Positions 26,401 through 39,809 of a stretch of 64,000 nucleotides of DNA are shown piece by piece. The notes beneath the pieces were generated by a model that did no database searches, was not told the DNA's origin, and worked only from the letters and a program-made list of their open reading frames with translations. Position 1 is the first letter of the stretch. Each line of letters starts with the position of its first letter. Both the position numbers and the translations under genes were made by a program. This DNA is from Eledone cirrhosa (taxonomy: Eukaryota), in contig OZ024747.1 in the NCBI GenBank assembly GCA_964016885.1, forward strand, positions 37,448,001-37,512,000. The letters run 5' to 3'.

Positions 26401-27369
26401 AAATTCCCATACACACACATATTTTCATACCAACCTAATACACACAGATTTTTTCTTATACAAACTAACATGACTTTAAAATTGGACAACAATAGCATCT
26501 AGCAGAATATCACAATTATCTAAGAGATGACATTTTCTAACTATTTTTTTCCATTGGAAATGCATAGTCAATTTAACTAACAAAACAGAAAATTAGGGTT
26601 ATTTTTTTACATCCTGGTTTTATTGTTTTTAAATGTACAGCATGTAAATTTCTATTCTATAAGAGTTAATATTTTGCCTGATCTTAAAACTTAAGTAGAA
26701 AATAGGTATCGATTAAATACTATATAAAAAAATCACACATAACTTAACTATCAACATTGAGCTCTCACAACTTGTTGAAAATACCCAAGTTGAAAAAAAT
26801 AAGTACTGGGGTCAGCATCAGCTAATGATCGAACCCAGTCAAAGAATAAAAGAATACAAGAATATATACATGTATATGCATGTGTGTGTGTGTGATAGAC
26901 AGTCCTCAGAAAATATTTTAAAATTTATATACTCCACAAAACAGAAATAACTGAAAATACATGCAACAGGAAAACTGCAACATCAGACAAAACATTGAAA
27001 AATGAATGCATGCACACATTCTACACACACACACACACACATTCTACACATACATACACACATACTGAAATGATCAGCAAATATTTACTACATACATTTA
27101 TTACAAGGTAAAATGTAAAGAAAAGCAATATATATATTATATTAATAGATGATACTTTCAATGTCTATTTAGTTGTTTACTGAGTTATATTTTATATTTT
27201 TATTTTATTATTCTATTTCTGCAGATGCAGCATATGTATGGCACATGCAGCATTATAATGCAGATGCAGTCTACTGCTTCAAATACTAATTTTTCTTTAC
27301 CTCAAAATATTTTAGACATTGCAAATATATTCCTCTATATTCTGCAGGTGTGGGTGTATGTATGTATGT

Positions 27370-27400
<31 letters not shown>

Positions 27401-27492
27401 ATTGTGTGTGTATGTATGTATGTATGTATGTATGTATGTATGTGTGTACTATTATTATTATTATTATTACTTTTTTTTTTTTTTTTTTTTTT

Positions 27493-30400
27493 CCAATTCA
27501 ATGATGTTCCAGAACAATGTAAAAGAGATAATTGGCAATTTAGGTTCTGGAACAAAAAAGATCATTGGCAATAAGGGCAGGAGCCCCAAGTTATCACAGC
27601 CTGGGCCCGCTCGTCATCGTGCCATTGTAATAGAGCCAAACAGGGCATTTAGTCTTGGCTGCTGGAACGTACGGACGCTGCTTGACAGGGATTCTTTGGA
27701 GCGTCCTGAACGAAGGACCGCTCTTGTTGCAAAGGAGCTTCGACGTTACGATCTTGACATCGTGGCTTTATCTGAGACGAGGTTAGCTGGAGATGGTCAT
27801 CTTATGGAATTTTGTGGAGAATATACATTCTTCTGGAAAGGAAGAGATGAAGGAACCAGAAGAGAGGCTGAGGTAGGATTTGCTGTTAAGACTGTACTTG
27901 TGAATAAATTAGAAGAATTCCCAGTATGGATTAGTGAACGTCTTATGTCCATGAGAGTTCCGCTGGACAAGGGAAGATATGCTACCCTGGTGAGTGTGTA
28001 TGCTCCAACTATGAATTCTGTCGATGAAGAAAAACTGTCCTTTTACCATGCCTTGAAAGGTGTTCTAACAAATATCCTTCAGGCAGACAAAGTCATCGTG
28101 CTTGGTGACTTTAATGCTAGAGTGGGTAGGGATTTTAACACATGGAATGTAATCGGAAGGCATGGGGTGGGAAAGTGTAACAGCAATGGTATGCTCCTGC
28201 TGCAGATGTGTGAGGAGCTGGATCTGTGTGTTACCAACACCATGTTCCAACAAAAGAACAAATTCAAGACCACATGGATGCATCCTGCATCTAAGGAATG
28301 GCATCTTTTGAACTACGTCCTAGTCAGGATGCGTGACAGACAGGATGTGCAGTGTGTTCGTGCTCTTCGTGGAGCTGAGTGCTGGACGGACCACCGCCTG
28401 GTACGCGCAAAAGTGAAACTAATCACCAAACGTAAAATCCGGGCTCCTGGTGTTACCCTGCCCAAAAGATTGAATGCTGCTCGTCTTAAGGATAAAAATG
28501 TGTAGAGGACATTGGAAGAAGAGATGCAGGCTGCAGATCTTGGTGAGGATTGGCCGACCCTTAAAAAGTCGGTTTATGATGTAGGCAGGCGTGTTCTGGG
28601 ATTGGTGCAGAGAAAACATCAGGACTGGTTTAATGAGAATGATGTACATATAGAAGACTTGTTGGCTGATAAGAGGCGTGCTCTGTCACGCTACTTGACG
28701 GCAAAACCACAGGAGAGGAATACGTTGCATGAGGAGCTCAGGGATGTAAAATCACGTGTTAGGCGGAGTCTTTCTCAGATGAAGGATCAGTGGTGGAGTG
28801 AGAAGGCTGGTGAGATACAAACTGCGTCTGATTCCAATAACACAAAGCTGTTGTACAGTCTCTTGCGTGAGGTTTATGGACCGTCTTCTTCTCTGGTGAC
28901 ACTGCTTCGCAGCAAGGATGGCAAAGAACTTCTTCGTGACTCACAGGGAATTCTACGAAGGTGGCGAGAGCACTTTGATGATCTTTTGAATCAGCCGTCT
29001 GTCGTCAGTGAAGATTTCCTCAATCTCATTCCAGAAAGTCCTGTGAAAGTAGCTCTCGCAGAACCTCCGACGCTTGTGGAGGTTGCAGTGGCTATTTCGA
29101 AGCTGAACAGTGGAAGATCTCCAAGTATGGATGGCATACATGCTGAGCTCCTACAATATGGTGGTGAGAGACTCCTGCAACATCTTCACTCTTTGTTTGG
29201 AAGGATATGGGCTAATGAATCCGTGCCTGAGGACTGGAGAGATGCAGTAATGGTGGTCTTGTACAAGGGAAAGGGTAACAGGAATGATTGTGGGAACTAC
29301 AGAGGTATATCATTGCTTTCTGTCGTAGGGAAAGTTTTATGTAGGGTGCTTCTGGACCGTCTGCTGACACACATTGCAGATTGTGTTCTTCCTGAAAGTC
29401 AATCTGGTTTTCGTGCTGGACGCGGCACTACTGATATGATCTTCTCAGCTAGACAGCTCCAGGAGAAGTGCATTGAACAAGGCTTGGATCTGTATCAGGT
29501 TTTTGTCGATCTGACAAAGGCTTTCGATACTGTCAACAGAGATGCATTATGGAAGGTTCTCCAGAAACTTGGTTGCCCTGATAAGTTCCTTGCTTTAGTT
29601 AGGTCTTTCCATGACGACATGAAGGCTTCGGTTAATGTCGGAGGTAACATGTCGGAGCCTATCTCAGTAAAAAATGGAGTGAAACAGGGGGATATTCCAG
29701 CACCGACCCTGTTTGCCATATACTTTGCAATGATTTTCTGTATTGCATTCAGGAATTGCGAGCATGGTGTTTACATCCGATATCGAACCTCAGGCAGCAT
29801 ATTTAACATCAGACGCTTTGCTGCGAAGACAAAAGTATTTACATCAATCATAAGAGACCTCTTGTATGCAGATGATTGCGATCTTGTAGCGCACACAGAG
29901 AGTGATATGCAGCACATTTTGAATGCATTTTCTGACGCTTGCACTGCCCTGGGTTTGACTGTCAGTCTCAAGAAAACCGTCGTCATGTACCAACCTGCCC
30001 CTAGTAAGCAGTACACTGAACCAAACATCTATGTGTATGGCAAACGACTTGGAGTGGTTGATCAGTTTGTCTACCTGGGAAGCACTGTCAATCGATACGG
30101 CAACCTTGACAGTGAAATCTCACTTAGGATTAGGAAAGCAAGTGATGCTTTTGGAAAGCTAGAAAGGCGACTCTGGGGTCGGCGAGACATATGCAGGAGG
30201 ACAAAGGTAAAGGTGTACAGGGCATGTGTACTCTCTTGTCTTCTTTATGCCTGCGAGACCTGGGTCACATATCGACGCCACCTTAGGCAATTGGAGCGTT
30301 TCCATCAGATGTGTCTCAGACGGATCCATGGCGTTCACTGGAGGGACCACATCAGTGATGTCGAGATTTTGGAAAGCTCTATGTGTGACAGTATAGAGAA

Positions 30401-31352
30401 GCTCTTGTGCTTAAGCAACGACTCCGTTGGAGTGGTCACCTTGCCAGGATGAAGGATTCTAGAATACCAAAACAACTCTTCTATGGAGAGTTGGTTAAAG
30501 GAAAACGACCGCCACATAAACCAAAAAAGAGGTATAAGGATTCCTTGAAAGCCTCTCTGAAAGACGCTAACATCTCTGCTGATACATGGGAAAATATTGC
30601 TGCTGATCGTAATAAATGGAGAAAGACTGTATATGAGGGAAAAGTTGCCTTTGAGGCATCTCGAATCGCACACGAGAAAGTAAAGCGGGATGTGAGGAAG
30701 GGCATTGCTGTTGCACTTCCAGACGGCGAGGGTCCTCCTATGGTGCTGACATGCAGCGTCTGTGCGAGACTCTGCCTAAGCAAAGCTGGACTCGAAAGTC
30801 ATCTTCGCAGTCATAAAGTAAGACCAGTGGTTGACTACCAGGCTGCTGTTGGAGATGCTACTCATCATGCTTGCCAAACATGTGGTAGAGAATGTAAATC
30901 AGCAGGAGGGCTCAAGCGACATGCAAAAGTACACGAACTCCAACCACAGCTGACTATTCCCAGTGAATGTTTTGGTTGCCGACTCTGTGCAAGACATTTT
31001 AGATCATTGGCTGGGCTAAAAAGCCACATTCGATCGCAGCACTGTTAGCTGCTATCGCGTGTGTGTGTGTGTGTAGATATGCTTATGTGCGTGCGTGTGT
31101 GTGTATATATATATGAATATGTATATTATTATTGTTGTTGTCGTTATTATTATTATTGCTATTATTATTATTATTATTATTATTATTGTTATTAATGTAT
31201 GTGTGTGTATGTGTGTATGTGTATGTATGTGTGTATGTATATATGTATGTATATATATATATTTCTTTTTTTTATTTATTTATTATTATTATTATTTTTT
31301 TTTTTTTCTTCTCGTGCAATGGCCGTACTCGATAACGAGGGGGCAGCCATCA
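27493..31352 (+). mobile_element. RTE (BovB-like) LINE, near full-length, one in-frame stop (28503-28505) and one frameshift (~30410), three C-terminal C2H2 fingers
   Basis: CWNVRTL..RPERRTALVAKEL, SETRLA, GDFNARVG, WTDHRL, FVDLTKAFDTV, GVKQG, LYADD, RLRWSGH; tail tcgtgcaatggccgtactcgataacgagggggcagccatca after a microsatellite. Confidence 0.93.
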
Positions 31353-31691
31353 TATGTGTGTATACATGTATGTATGTGTATATTTATACATGTATTTATG
31401 TATGTATATATTTATGTGTATATGTATGTATTTATGTATGTGTATATGTATGTATATATATATATATGTGTGCATGTATATATACGTGCATGTATATATA
31501 CGTGCATGTATATATATGTGCATGTATATATATATGTTTGTATGTATGTGTATATGTATGGCAGATATTATTTTTTCTTTACATCAAAATATTTTAGGCA
31601 TTATAAATGCATTCATCTATATTCTGGATGTGTGGGTGGGTGTTTATGTATGTATGTATGTATGTATGTATGTATGTATGTATGTATGTGT

Positions 31692-32258
31692 AGCATGGTA
31701 GGGTCGTCGGCGACTAAACCGGCAACCCCACCAAGTTTACATGGTGAGGAGGGTGATTTTGGACACCCTGGAGGACAAAAAACAAAACCTCACAAAAGGT
31801 GGAAGAACTCATAAGAGTCAACGGCCATCCAAAAGTGTGTAAATATGTATATACACATGTACATATATGTGTGTATGTGTATATATATGGGTGCATGTGT
31901 ATGTATATGCTCGGGGACATAGAAATAGTCGGGCTGAACAGCCGATCGCGCGGTTAAACCACTAGGAGTGAAGACCCCTAGCCTTTCTCAGGGCATTCTT
32001 ATAGGGGAAGGCAACTCAGGAAACTGGGATAGCTCCGACATAAAACCTGCGGCTCAGTAGTTACCGATGATGTTGATCTTTTCTTCTTTTCGGATTATAG
32101 CTACTGTCACTCAGAGAGTGGGATTGGCTCAGTGCAGTCTCTCCTCACTTTAAAAAATATCTTCATGCACAGGCATTGCACGATAGAATTAATTAATAAT
32201 TATTAATAATGGTATATCGTGCAATGGCCATACTCGATAACGAGGGGGCAGCCATCAT
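31692..32258 (+). mobile_element. Non-autonomous RTE-related element: structured GC-richer blocks joined to the same 3' tail as the adjacent LINE
   Basis: 32217-32257 matches 31312-31352 with one mismatch; non-coding blocks at 31692-31835 and 31909-32185. Confidence 0.65.
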
Positions 32259-33973
32259 ATGCATATATGTATGTATGTATTTATGAATGTATGTGTATGT
32301 ATGTATTTATGGATCTATGTGTATGTGTATATGTATATATATGTATGTAAATATGTATGTATGTACGTGCATATGTATTTTTGTATGTATTTATGTGTAC
32401 ATGTATATGTATGTTTGTATGTACATAGATATGTATGTGTATCCATATCTGTGTGTGTTTCAGAAAACCTTTATTTCCAAGAAATCTAAGACTAGATTCA
32501 TTCCAGTTCATTTGAAGAAAATTTATTATTTTTCAATTTTTGTTTTTTTTCCATAGTTAAGTTACTTCTACCTCTCTTAAATCATAACACCCACAATCTA
32601 CCCAGGGTGAGCCCCCAAACATCATGCTGTTCTAGATACCACACTAGACAAAGCCTCCTCATATCTGTTATCATTACAGTACCTCCCACACAGCCTCCCT
32701 TCCAACCCACCCCCATCTCATGTATCCCACCTCACCATGTCGAATTCCCATCACACTAGGCAATATTCAACCCTATATGTAGGGTAGAGAGAGCTCTTCA
32801 AGTGGCAGTAAGTGCCCCCAGTAATGTGGCTGGTAATAAGAAGGGCAACAGTTGTGTAGATACCACTCCAAAAGGGTTGAGAGAAATCTTAGTTGTGTCA
32901 TAGGCATGACAACCTTTCTAGTGTTGGTGAACTACATGATAAACACACCAAGCACACAGTGTAAAGTGGTTGATGATATGAAGGACATTCAACTATACAA
33001 AAACTTGACAAACAAAGGGTTGGAAGGACTCTTCAGCTGTGTCATAGACATGACAACCTCTCTTGAATTGAGGATCTATACATTAAACGACCATTCAGCA
33101 CACTGAAAGTGGTTGGTGAAAGGAAGGCCATCCAGCCATATAAAAGTTGTCAAACAAAATGTCAGAAAAACTCTTTAACTATGTTAAAGACATGGTATCC
33201 TCCCTAGCACCGGTGTCATGATATAATGCACTTGGTAAAAAAAAGGATTGTATGTAAGTGAAATGCAGGACTCTGGCTGTTCTAAGAGCTCAGTAGATTC
33301 ACTTAAGTACTGACTCCATTACTAGCAGGGAAAACAGACATTAAATTATGATGATTTTTAGATATTTTCATTTTCTGCCAAATCATTATAGGATATTAAG
33401 AGTTAAAGTCAGTTATGGATGTTTTGACATTCTTGCCAAAAATGAATGATAGTAAAATACTAGATGCAAACTAATGAATAAAGTCCACACCAGGGTTTCA
33501 CAATAATTAGCCATCAGGATAACTGTGTGGCTGTGTTTGTGCATGTGTGTGTATGTGTGCTTGGTTATGTGTATGTGGCTACTGACTGAAGTGCCTTAGG
33601 GTGTCAGTAAGTGTATATATATATATATATAATGAATGGTTTGTAGAAAGTTGTACTATGATACACCAGTTGTAATAATTCATGTTATTATCTCAATTTC
33701 AAAAACCCCTTCTTAATTTATGATAGACCATTCATCATATGGAAATAGAATTTCCTATGTTAGGCATTAGTTTTAGCTGGGAAAATGGCATTGAACCACT
33801 TGTGGTTGCTGTGTTCCAATCTCTACCATCTAACATTTAGATTATGTAAATATTTTTGGCTTCTTTTTGCTGTGTTTTTAATTATTTATTTTTATTAGTT
33901 TGATCAGGAAGAAGGTTTAGTAGTCATGGACATTGTAGGCTCTCTTGAAAACATGAGATTGATGTAGTTATTG

Positions 33974-34175
33974 TACAAGGGTTAGCTCAAATGTTCATAG
34001 GCTGATTATAAAGGAATGATGTTAGAGCTGTAAAATCTTGTATACATTAATTTCAAATGCTTTTTATTAATAACTGCATTGTTTCTTTCCAGAGACTATG
34101 TTGAAAAATAAACCTCATTTCGTCATTCCAGGAGAGTATCTTGGTCAGCCTATGAATTTTGAGCAGACCTCGGTA
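33974..34175. mobile_element. Mariner-type MITE, ~200 bp
   Basis: TIRs ta-caagggttagctcaaatgttcataggctga and tcagcctatgaattttgagcagacctcgg-ta. Confidence 0.7.
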
Positions 34176-34998
34176 CATTTGCAAGTCAACAACTATATAG
34201 AAAAGACACGAGCAGGAAGGGATTTACAGAAAGCCAATGATTTGGAAAGGATTTGTGCATATTGGTTAGTATGGGGCAGGGCCAGTGAGGGGAGGCGACA
34301 TAATATGAGTGATACGATGAGGTAAGATAAGTGAGTTGGAACTACTACTACGGAAGCCATCAAAAAATCACTATTGACTAATAATACAGCTTGAATCATT
34401 GTCTACTTTATAATTAAGTATCATCAGTATAAATATATATTTTATGTGCAGCAGCAGTGTATATAGGAAGTAGCAGAGTATGCTAATCTCAGATTTCTTT
34501 CTGTAAGAAGCCATCACTGACAACATAATTGTGTATCTTGAACAGTTCCAGATCTAAAGAGTTTTGTACAACAAATCTGAAGTTATCATGGTGGTGATAA
34601 GGATAACAATGGAAGCTGAATAACATCATATTTCAATGGATAGATTAACAGCAACTCAGTGGCAAATTATGAAATTTCAATTAAGCTTTAAGGATGTGTG
34701 AAGAAAGCATTCTAGCTTTCTTCATATATCCTTTGATTACAGTTGACTGAGAATCTGAACAGACTAAATCTTGTACCACACACACACACAAATATATATC
34801 AGCAAACAAGAAATAATATAAAGAATAAGCAAGCGTTTGTTTTGAAGACAGCAAGCGAAGTTTGAAATTTAGTAGAAATAGAAGCTTTCGCCATATTTTG
34901 ATTAAAGAAATTAACCTGATAGTGGGGTTTAACCCTTTAGCATTCACATTAATTTGTCAAATGTCATGTTTATCTGTTCACATTATTTTCAGTTAATA

Positions 34999-35190
34999 GG
35001 GCGGTGGATTGGCAGTATCGGTAGAGGGTCAGACGCCATGCTTTGACGCATAGAGTTACGGCCCTTGCCATTCTGAGTTCAAATCCCGCCGAGGTTAACT
35101 TTGCCTTTCATCCTTATAGGATCGATAAAATAAAGTACCAGTAATACACTGAGTAATTGCTGGCCTTGTGCCAAAAGTAGAAACAATTAT
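34999..35190 (+). mobile_element. SINE family B, young-looking copy
   Basis: ggcggtggattggcagtatcgg..gagttcaaatccc..agaaacaatta; flanked by the repeated ttttcagttaat, a possible target-site duplication. Confidence 0.88.
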
Positions 35191-35432
35191 TTTCAGTTAA
35201 TCGTATTCAAGAGTGTTATAAATTTTATTTGTTTGTAACTTTCTTAATTTTCTATGTGCAAGGCTTGAAATTTTGTCAGAAGATGCTTAAATATCAATAA
35301 TTTACAATTTTACCTAATTTTTTTGGTTAAATTTGACTTTTATGGGCAGGTGAAAGTAATTAATAGGAGCATTTGAAGTATCAACCAAGTGCAATTACTG
35401 GTTTAATTTTAAATACGTTGTTTTCGGCATAA

Positions 35433-36272
35433 TCTATATATATAAAACTGTGGTTGTCTGTCTGTCTATCGATTTTTGGCACACATCTCCTCTTAGAATC
35501 TCTCACGGAATTGCACCGAAATTGCTATACTTGTACATTGAGCCCTAGGAAGACATCGGAAAAAAAAAAATTTCAAATTGACCCACCCTATGTGACGAAA
35601 TCGAATATAATGTATCGATTTTTGAGCGTAAGTTATCAGTTATTTCCCTTTGTTCTGTTTACATTGAGCGTCTTACGTAAAAAATTACGCTGGCTTTAAC
35701 AGTTGTCGAGCCAGCAAAATATTGACCTGCAAAATTCATCAGTTCGAACACTAAGCTTCCGTTTTGCTTCATTTCCATTTAAAAGCATTTTAAAACAATA
35801 TTTTTACTTGAAAACAAGTCTATTTAAAGACTACGTAAAACAAGCAAATATTTCGTCGTTAGGCGTGCAGACAGACAGTCGTGCAGACAGACAGTCGTGC
35901 AGAGAGGTGATATAGGCGTGCAGACAGACAGTCGTGCAGAGAGGTGATATAGGCGTGCAGACAGACATAACTGATAATTTGGTTACGCTAATGTTTTTCT
36001 CTGCGTTGCAGTGTTTACATTTTCGATCTTTGTTAATAAATAACCAGTGCAGTTTCTATCCCCAGCATCCTCTTTTGTTATAACATTCGGGTTATCGTTA
36101 TGTTTTCTTAACTTCATAAGGCATATTGTTGGTTGAGGGAATATTAATCAAAAACACCACATGCAAGTCTGCACAGTAGACACTACAGTTTTTAAGCCAA
36201 GAAAGAAACTTAACATTGTAACTTTAACACAGCTACTGAGCGACCCCGAGCAACGCCGGGCTTTACTGCTAG
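35433..36272 (+). mobile_element. Non-autonomous Helitron, 840 bp
   Basis: A|TCTATATATATAAA 5' end, subterminal hairpin CCCG-agcaacgc-CGGG, CTAG|T 3' end; internal tandem repeats at 35860-35970. Confidence 0.88.
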
Positions 36273-37899
36273 TACTTGATATATAAGGATCACTAAACCT
36301 TATATCAAAACCTTATATCAGTGCTCTAGTAATTCCACAATCTTGGAAATTGTTTTATACCAAACATATTGCTTGTAAAAAAGTGAACAGATAAAAAATG
36401 CTTGCATTTCCACAGCATCTGTTGGTCGCCATAACAGATCGTGTTTTTCTCGATTTAAAATCTGTTGTTGGGCATATCGATTAATCTCTTCTGCCACAAC
36501 TTCGAAGAAAGTTTGTGGTAAAAACTAAAAGAAATAATCCAGTGCTTTAGTATTGGGAGGTAATGTGTGTTGTGGACCAGTATTTTGAATAAAATTGGGA
36601 ACATATATTGGTGTGGTATTTTTCAACCACGTTGCTGTAATATTTTCAATGGCATCCTGGAGATCTCCTTCGTTTTCACTTTCAAAACAACAATCATCGT
36701 CGGATGAAATTTCAGAAATGTAAACATCTGATTCATTTGAGGATAAATCACTAATATTATCTTTTGTTTCTTGTTTATTCTGAATGTCGTCGTGTGTAAA
36801 ACCTTCAAAGTCGGTATCGCTACTTTTACAAGCCATGTTGATACACAAAAAATCTGTTCTACTTTCAACGTTAAAAAAACATGTGTTGTTTTAAGTTGTT
36901 TCACTATATTAAGTGTTAATTTTCGCGGTCAGGGCCTAATCTCGCAGTAATCTCGAATTGACGAGATTTTGATGACAGTATTGTTTATTTTTAGAACGAT
37001 ATTTTAGTGTGGGTGTTATCGGCCGGTTTCGGGCGGATTGAACAAATGAAGGGGAAATAATTGCGGCCAGTTTACGGCAGTTTGAACACTAAAGGGTTAA
37101 ATCCCTCTAAATGAAAAGGATGAGTACTGACCACATACACCTACAACCAGATGTACTTTGACTATCACTGAAGGAAATAACACAATTCATCAGTGGGTAC
37201 ATCCAAAATAAAGGATAGGTATAAAATGTCCTTATTTTGCAACAGTAGACAAATAATAATGACAATGATATTGTTGTTGGGTTGCTCCAGTCAGCTTCTT
37301 TTCAACAGATATATGTATTCAGTGAATACGATATGGCAGTTTAACATTTTCATTACCAACCCATCCAAAACTGGCTCTGATTCTATGAAACAAAACCATC
37401 AAGGATTTATATTTTAATTAATATCTTCCAACATGTTATATAAGAACCATGTAGTAAGTTACTATCTCAGTAATCAAATAAGTAATAATTTCAGTAAATC
37501 CCTTAAAATTCCTCATTAATTAAATGAACTAGCCTGTATATCATTAGAGTTACAAAAGTGTTAAATAGTGAAAGCTATATGAGAATGTATATTTAGCGAT
37601 GTTTTAATGTAAATTCGAAGTTACAATAACTGGACAGAACACTCGGGTCTCAAAACTTCATATACTTTGGAGTGTGTTACATAATTGTATGAAGTGTTTG
37701 TAGCTAGGTGAGTACACCTAGTTAGGTCTCAAAATAGCAAAGTCCTTCCATACAGCAACATTTCAACATAAAACAAGAAGAATATTGTGAGAAAGGGTAA
37801 GAGGAAATAAATGTGGAAAGACAGAGTGAGACAAAGGAAGGTAAGCACTGTGAATGAAACATTACATACATCAATGGAAAAACAAATGGAAATACTTAC

Positions 37900-38010
37900 A
37901 GCAAAATGTCTCTGAAAGGCTTTTGGTCCTCTGTATGTGAAATTACCACAAATCTCACATGTGTAACTAATATTCAAGCCATGGAGTCGATATAGCCAGT
38001 ATGGTATAGG
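37900..38010 (-). CDS. SF3A3: SF3A3 internal exon, 111 nt, phase 0-0, first half of the U1/matrin-type C2H2 finger
   Basis: [37 protein letters not shown] continues directly from ...GWDGK. Acceptor tttcctcag, donor gtaagt. Confidence 0.97.
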
Positions 38011-38496
38011 CTGAGGAAATATAAAGAAATAAAACTAATAGGTAAGCAATGAATTTATTACAAGAGAAAGATTTTAATTCTATATAAGTCTAGTGCTAGT
38101 GTCACCACACACCCAGCCCACTCTGTAAAGTGGTAATGTAAGGAGGCAGCGATGGTATCACAATAAAATGCATCCAGCCTACTCTGTAAGGATGTGATGG
38201 TAGTGCCACTATAAAATGCATGTAGTACATGCTGTGAAGTGGTTGGTATGAAGAAAGGCATCCAGCTGTAGAATATATGTCACAATGGAACATATCAGCT
38301 AGACACAGTTACCTAACTGATCTAAGCCATGCAAGCATGGAAATTGACATAAAATGGTGATGATGATGATAAGAATCAATATTTAGTTTAGCAATGTAGG
38401 TTATAATCACAAAAATAAAATAAAATAGGTTAATTTCAGGACTAAAGTTCAAAATTATGATTCTTTGGCAAGCACCAACAATAAATTTACATTATA

Positions 38497-38684
38497 TACT
38501 TGAATATAAGCCAATCCTGCCCCCATTTTATGCCTGAGAAATGGGCAAAAATCCAAACCCCATTTATAAGCCAAAGCAACTAATCAACATATTGTTTAGA
38601 TGGCGTATATAAGCTCCCCACACCCCATTTTACCATCAATATTTTGTCACATATTCCTTGGCTTATATTCGTGTATATACGGTA
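38497..38684. mobile_element. pogo/Tigger-like MITE remnant
   Basis: gaatataagccaa and ttggcttatattcgtgtatatacggta form inverted ends. Confidence 0.55.
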
Positions 38685-39809
38685 GTTCTTTCATGTGAGC
38701 AGCAGTTTCCTCATTTTCTCTTGGGGGAAATGAACCCAACATCCTAATCTTACTATCTGTCAGAGATGAACTGCAAGCTCCTAGGAAAAGGTGTTAAATG
38801 CTACTCAATTCAACTCAATTTTACCTCTTGTACAGAATGGTTGTGACATTACAGTTATGGTATGACACAACTGCAATATTATTAAGAGAAATGGTATTTT
38901 TTCCAGATAAAGAATGAAAAGAAAAAAGCAGAAGAAAAAAAATGCTTCAAGTAGATAGGAGGCCAATGATAGCAGCAGCTCATAATAAACTCCTTAAAAA
39001 ATTTCATTTGTGTATCATTTATAGAATGTGTGATGTTAGTGATGATAATAATGATAAAAATGGTGGCATGAAATATGAGTGGGTGTACAGAGGTAGGGTG
39101 ACAAAAGATTTCAGTTATAGTAGCACTTTACAGGTAATATATCAGAATCAATTTATCTAATGGAACAAATCAGTAGACTCAAATATATAAACTACGTGTG
39201 TCAGCAGCACTTGAGGAAAGTTGTGAATCATAGAAAGAGGAAAGTCAAGAAGCCTTATTTATTTAACAGTGGTACCTCTGATTGAGAAGAGAAACCGTAT
39301 ATAACTGCTCATAGGGAGAGACCTATTTGATTTGATTTGATTTGATTCACAAGCAATCATAAAGAAGCTGGCATTTTTTCCTTGCTTTTTCTCCCTATTT
39401 CTTTCCTTCCCTGGCATCAACATCATTCATTCACAACACTCAAACTTATAAAGTTGTTTTTTCTTCTACTTCCTATTTCATTTATTTCTATGTTGGCTGC
39501 TATAGCAACGCATACTTATCCATTTAAAATTTTCAACCAAAGATATTTTTAAAATATTGATTATGTTAGTAAAGGCTATGTGGTTAAGGCATGTGCTTTG
39601 CTATCAAGTGGTTGTGGGTTCAACCCATATGAGTGACACTTTGAGCATGTGACTTCTATTATAGCTGGAGGTTCACAAATACCATTTGAGTTGAATTTCG
39701 TAAATGGAAAAAGTGTAGAAACCTGTCATATATATCATCGTCATCACTATTTAACTTCTTTTTTTGAAGCTTCATTGGTTATATATATTATGTGTTAGCA
39801 GAGATGTTA

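Larger units (their letters stand above)
34929..37100 (-). mobile_element. Internally deleted piggyBac element with nested SINE and Helitron
   Basis: TTAA-CCCTTTAG at both ends. The acidic ORF 36525-36848 (SDTDFEGF..W..F..GP..P..LDYF) resembles a piggyBac transposase N-terminus. Pairing of the two ends is inferred. Confidence 0.7.

Noticed and set aside
27225-27492. N-terminus of the 426-aa ORF
   Set aside because: Runs through (TG)n, (TATG)n, (TTA)n and poly-T upstream of the LINE.
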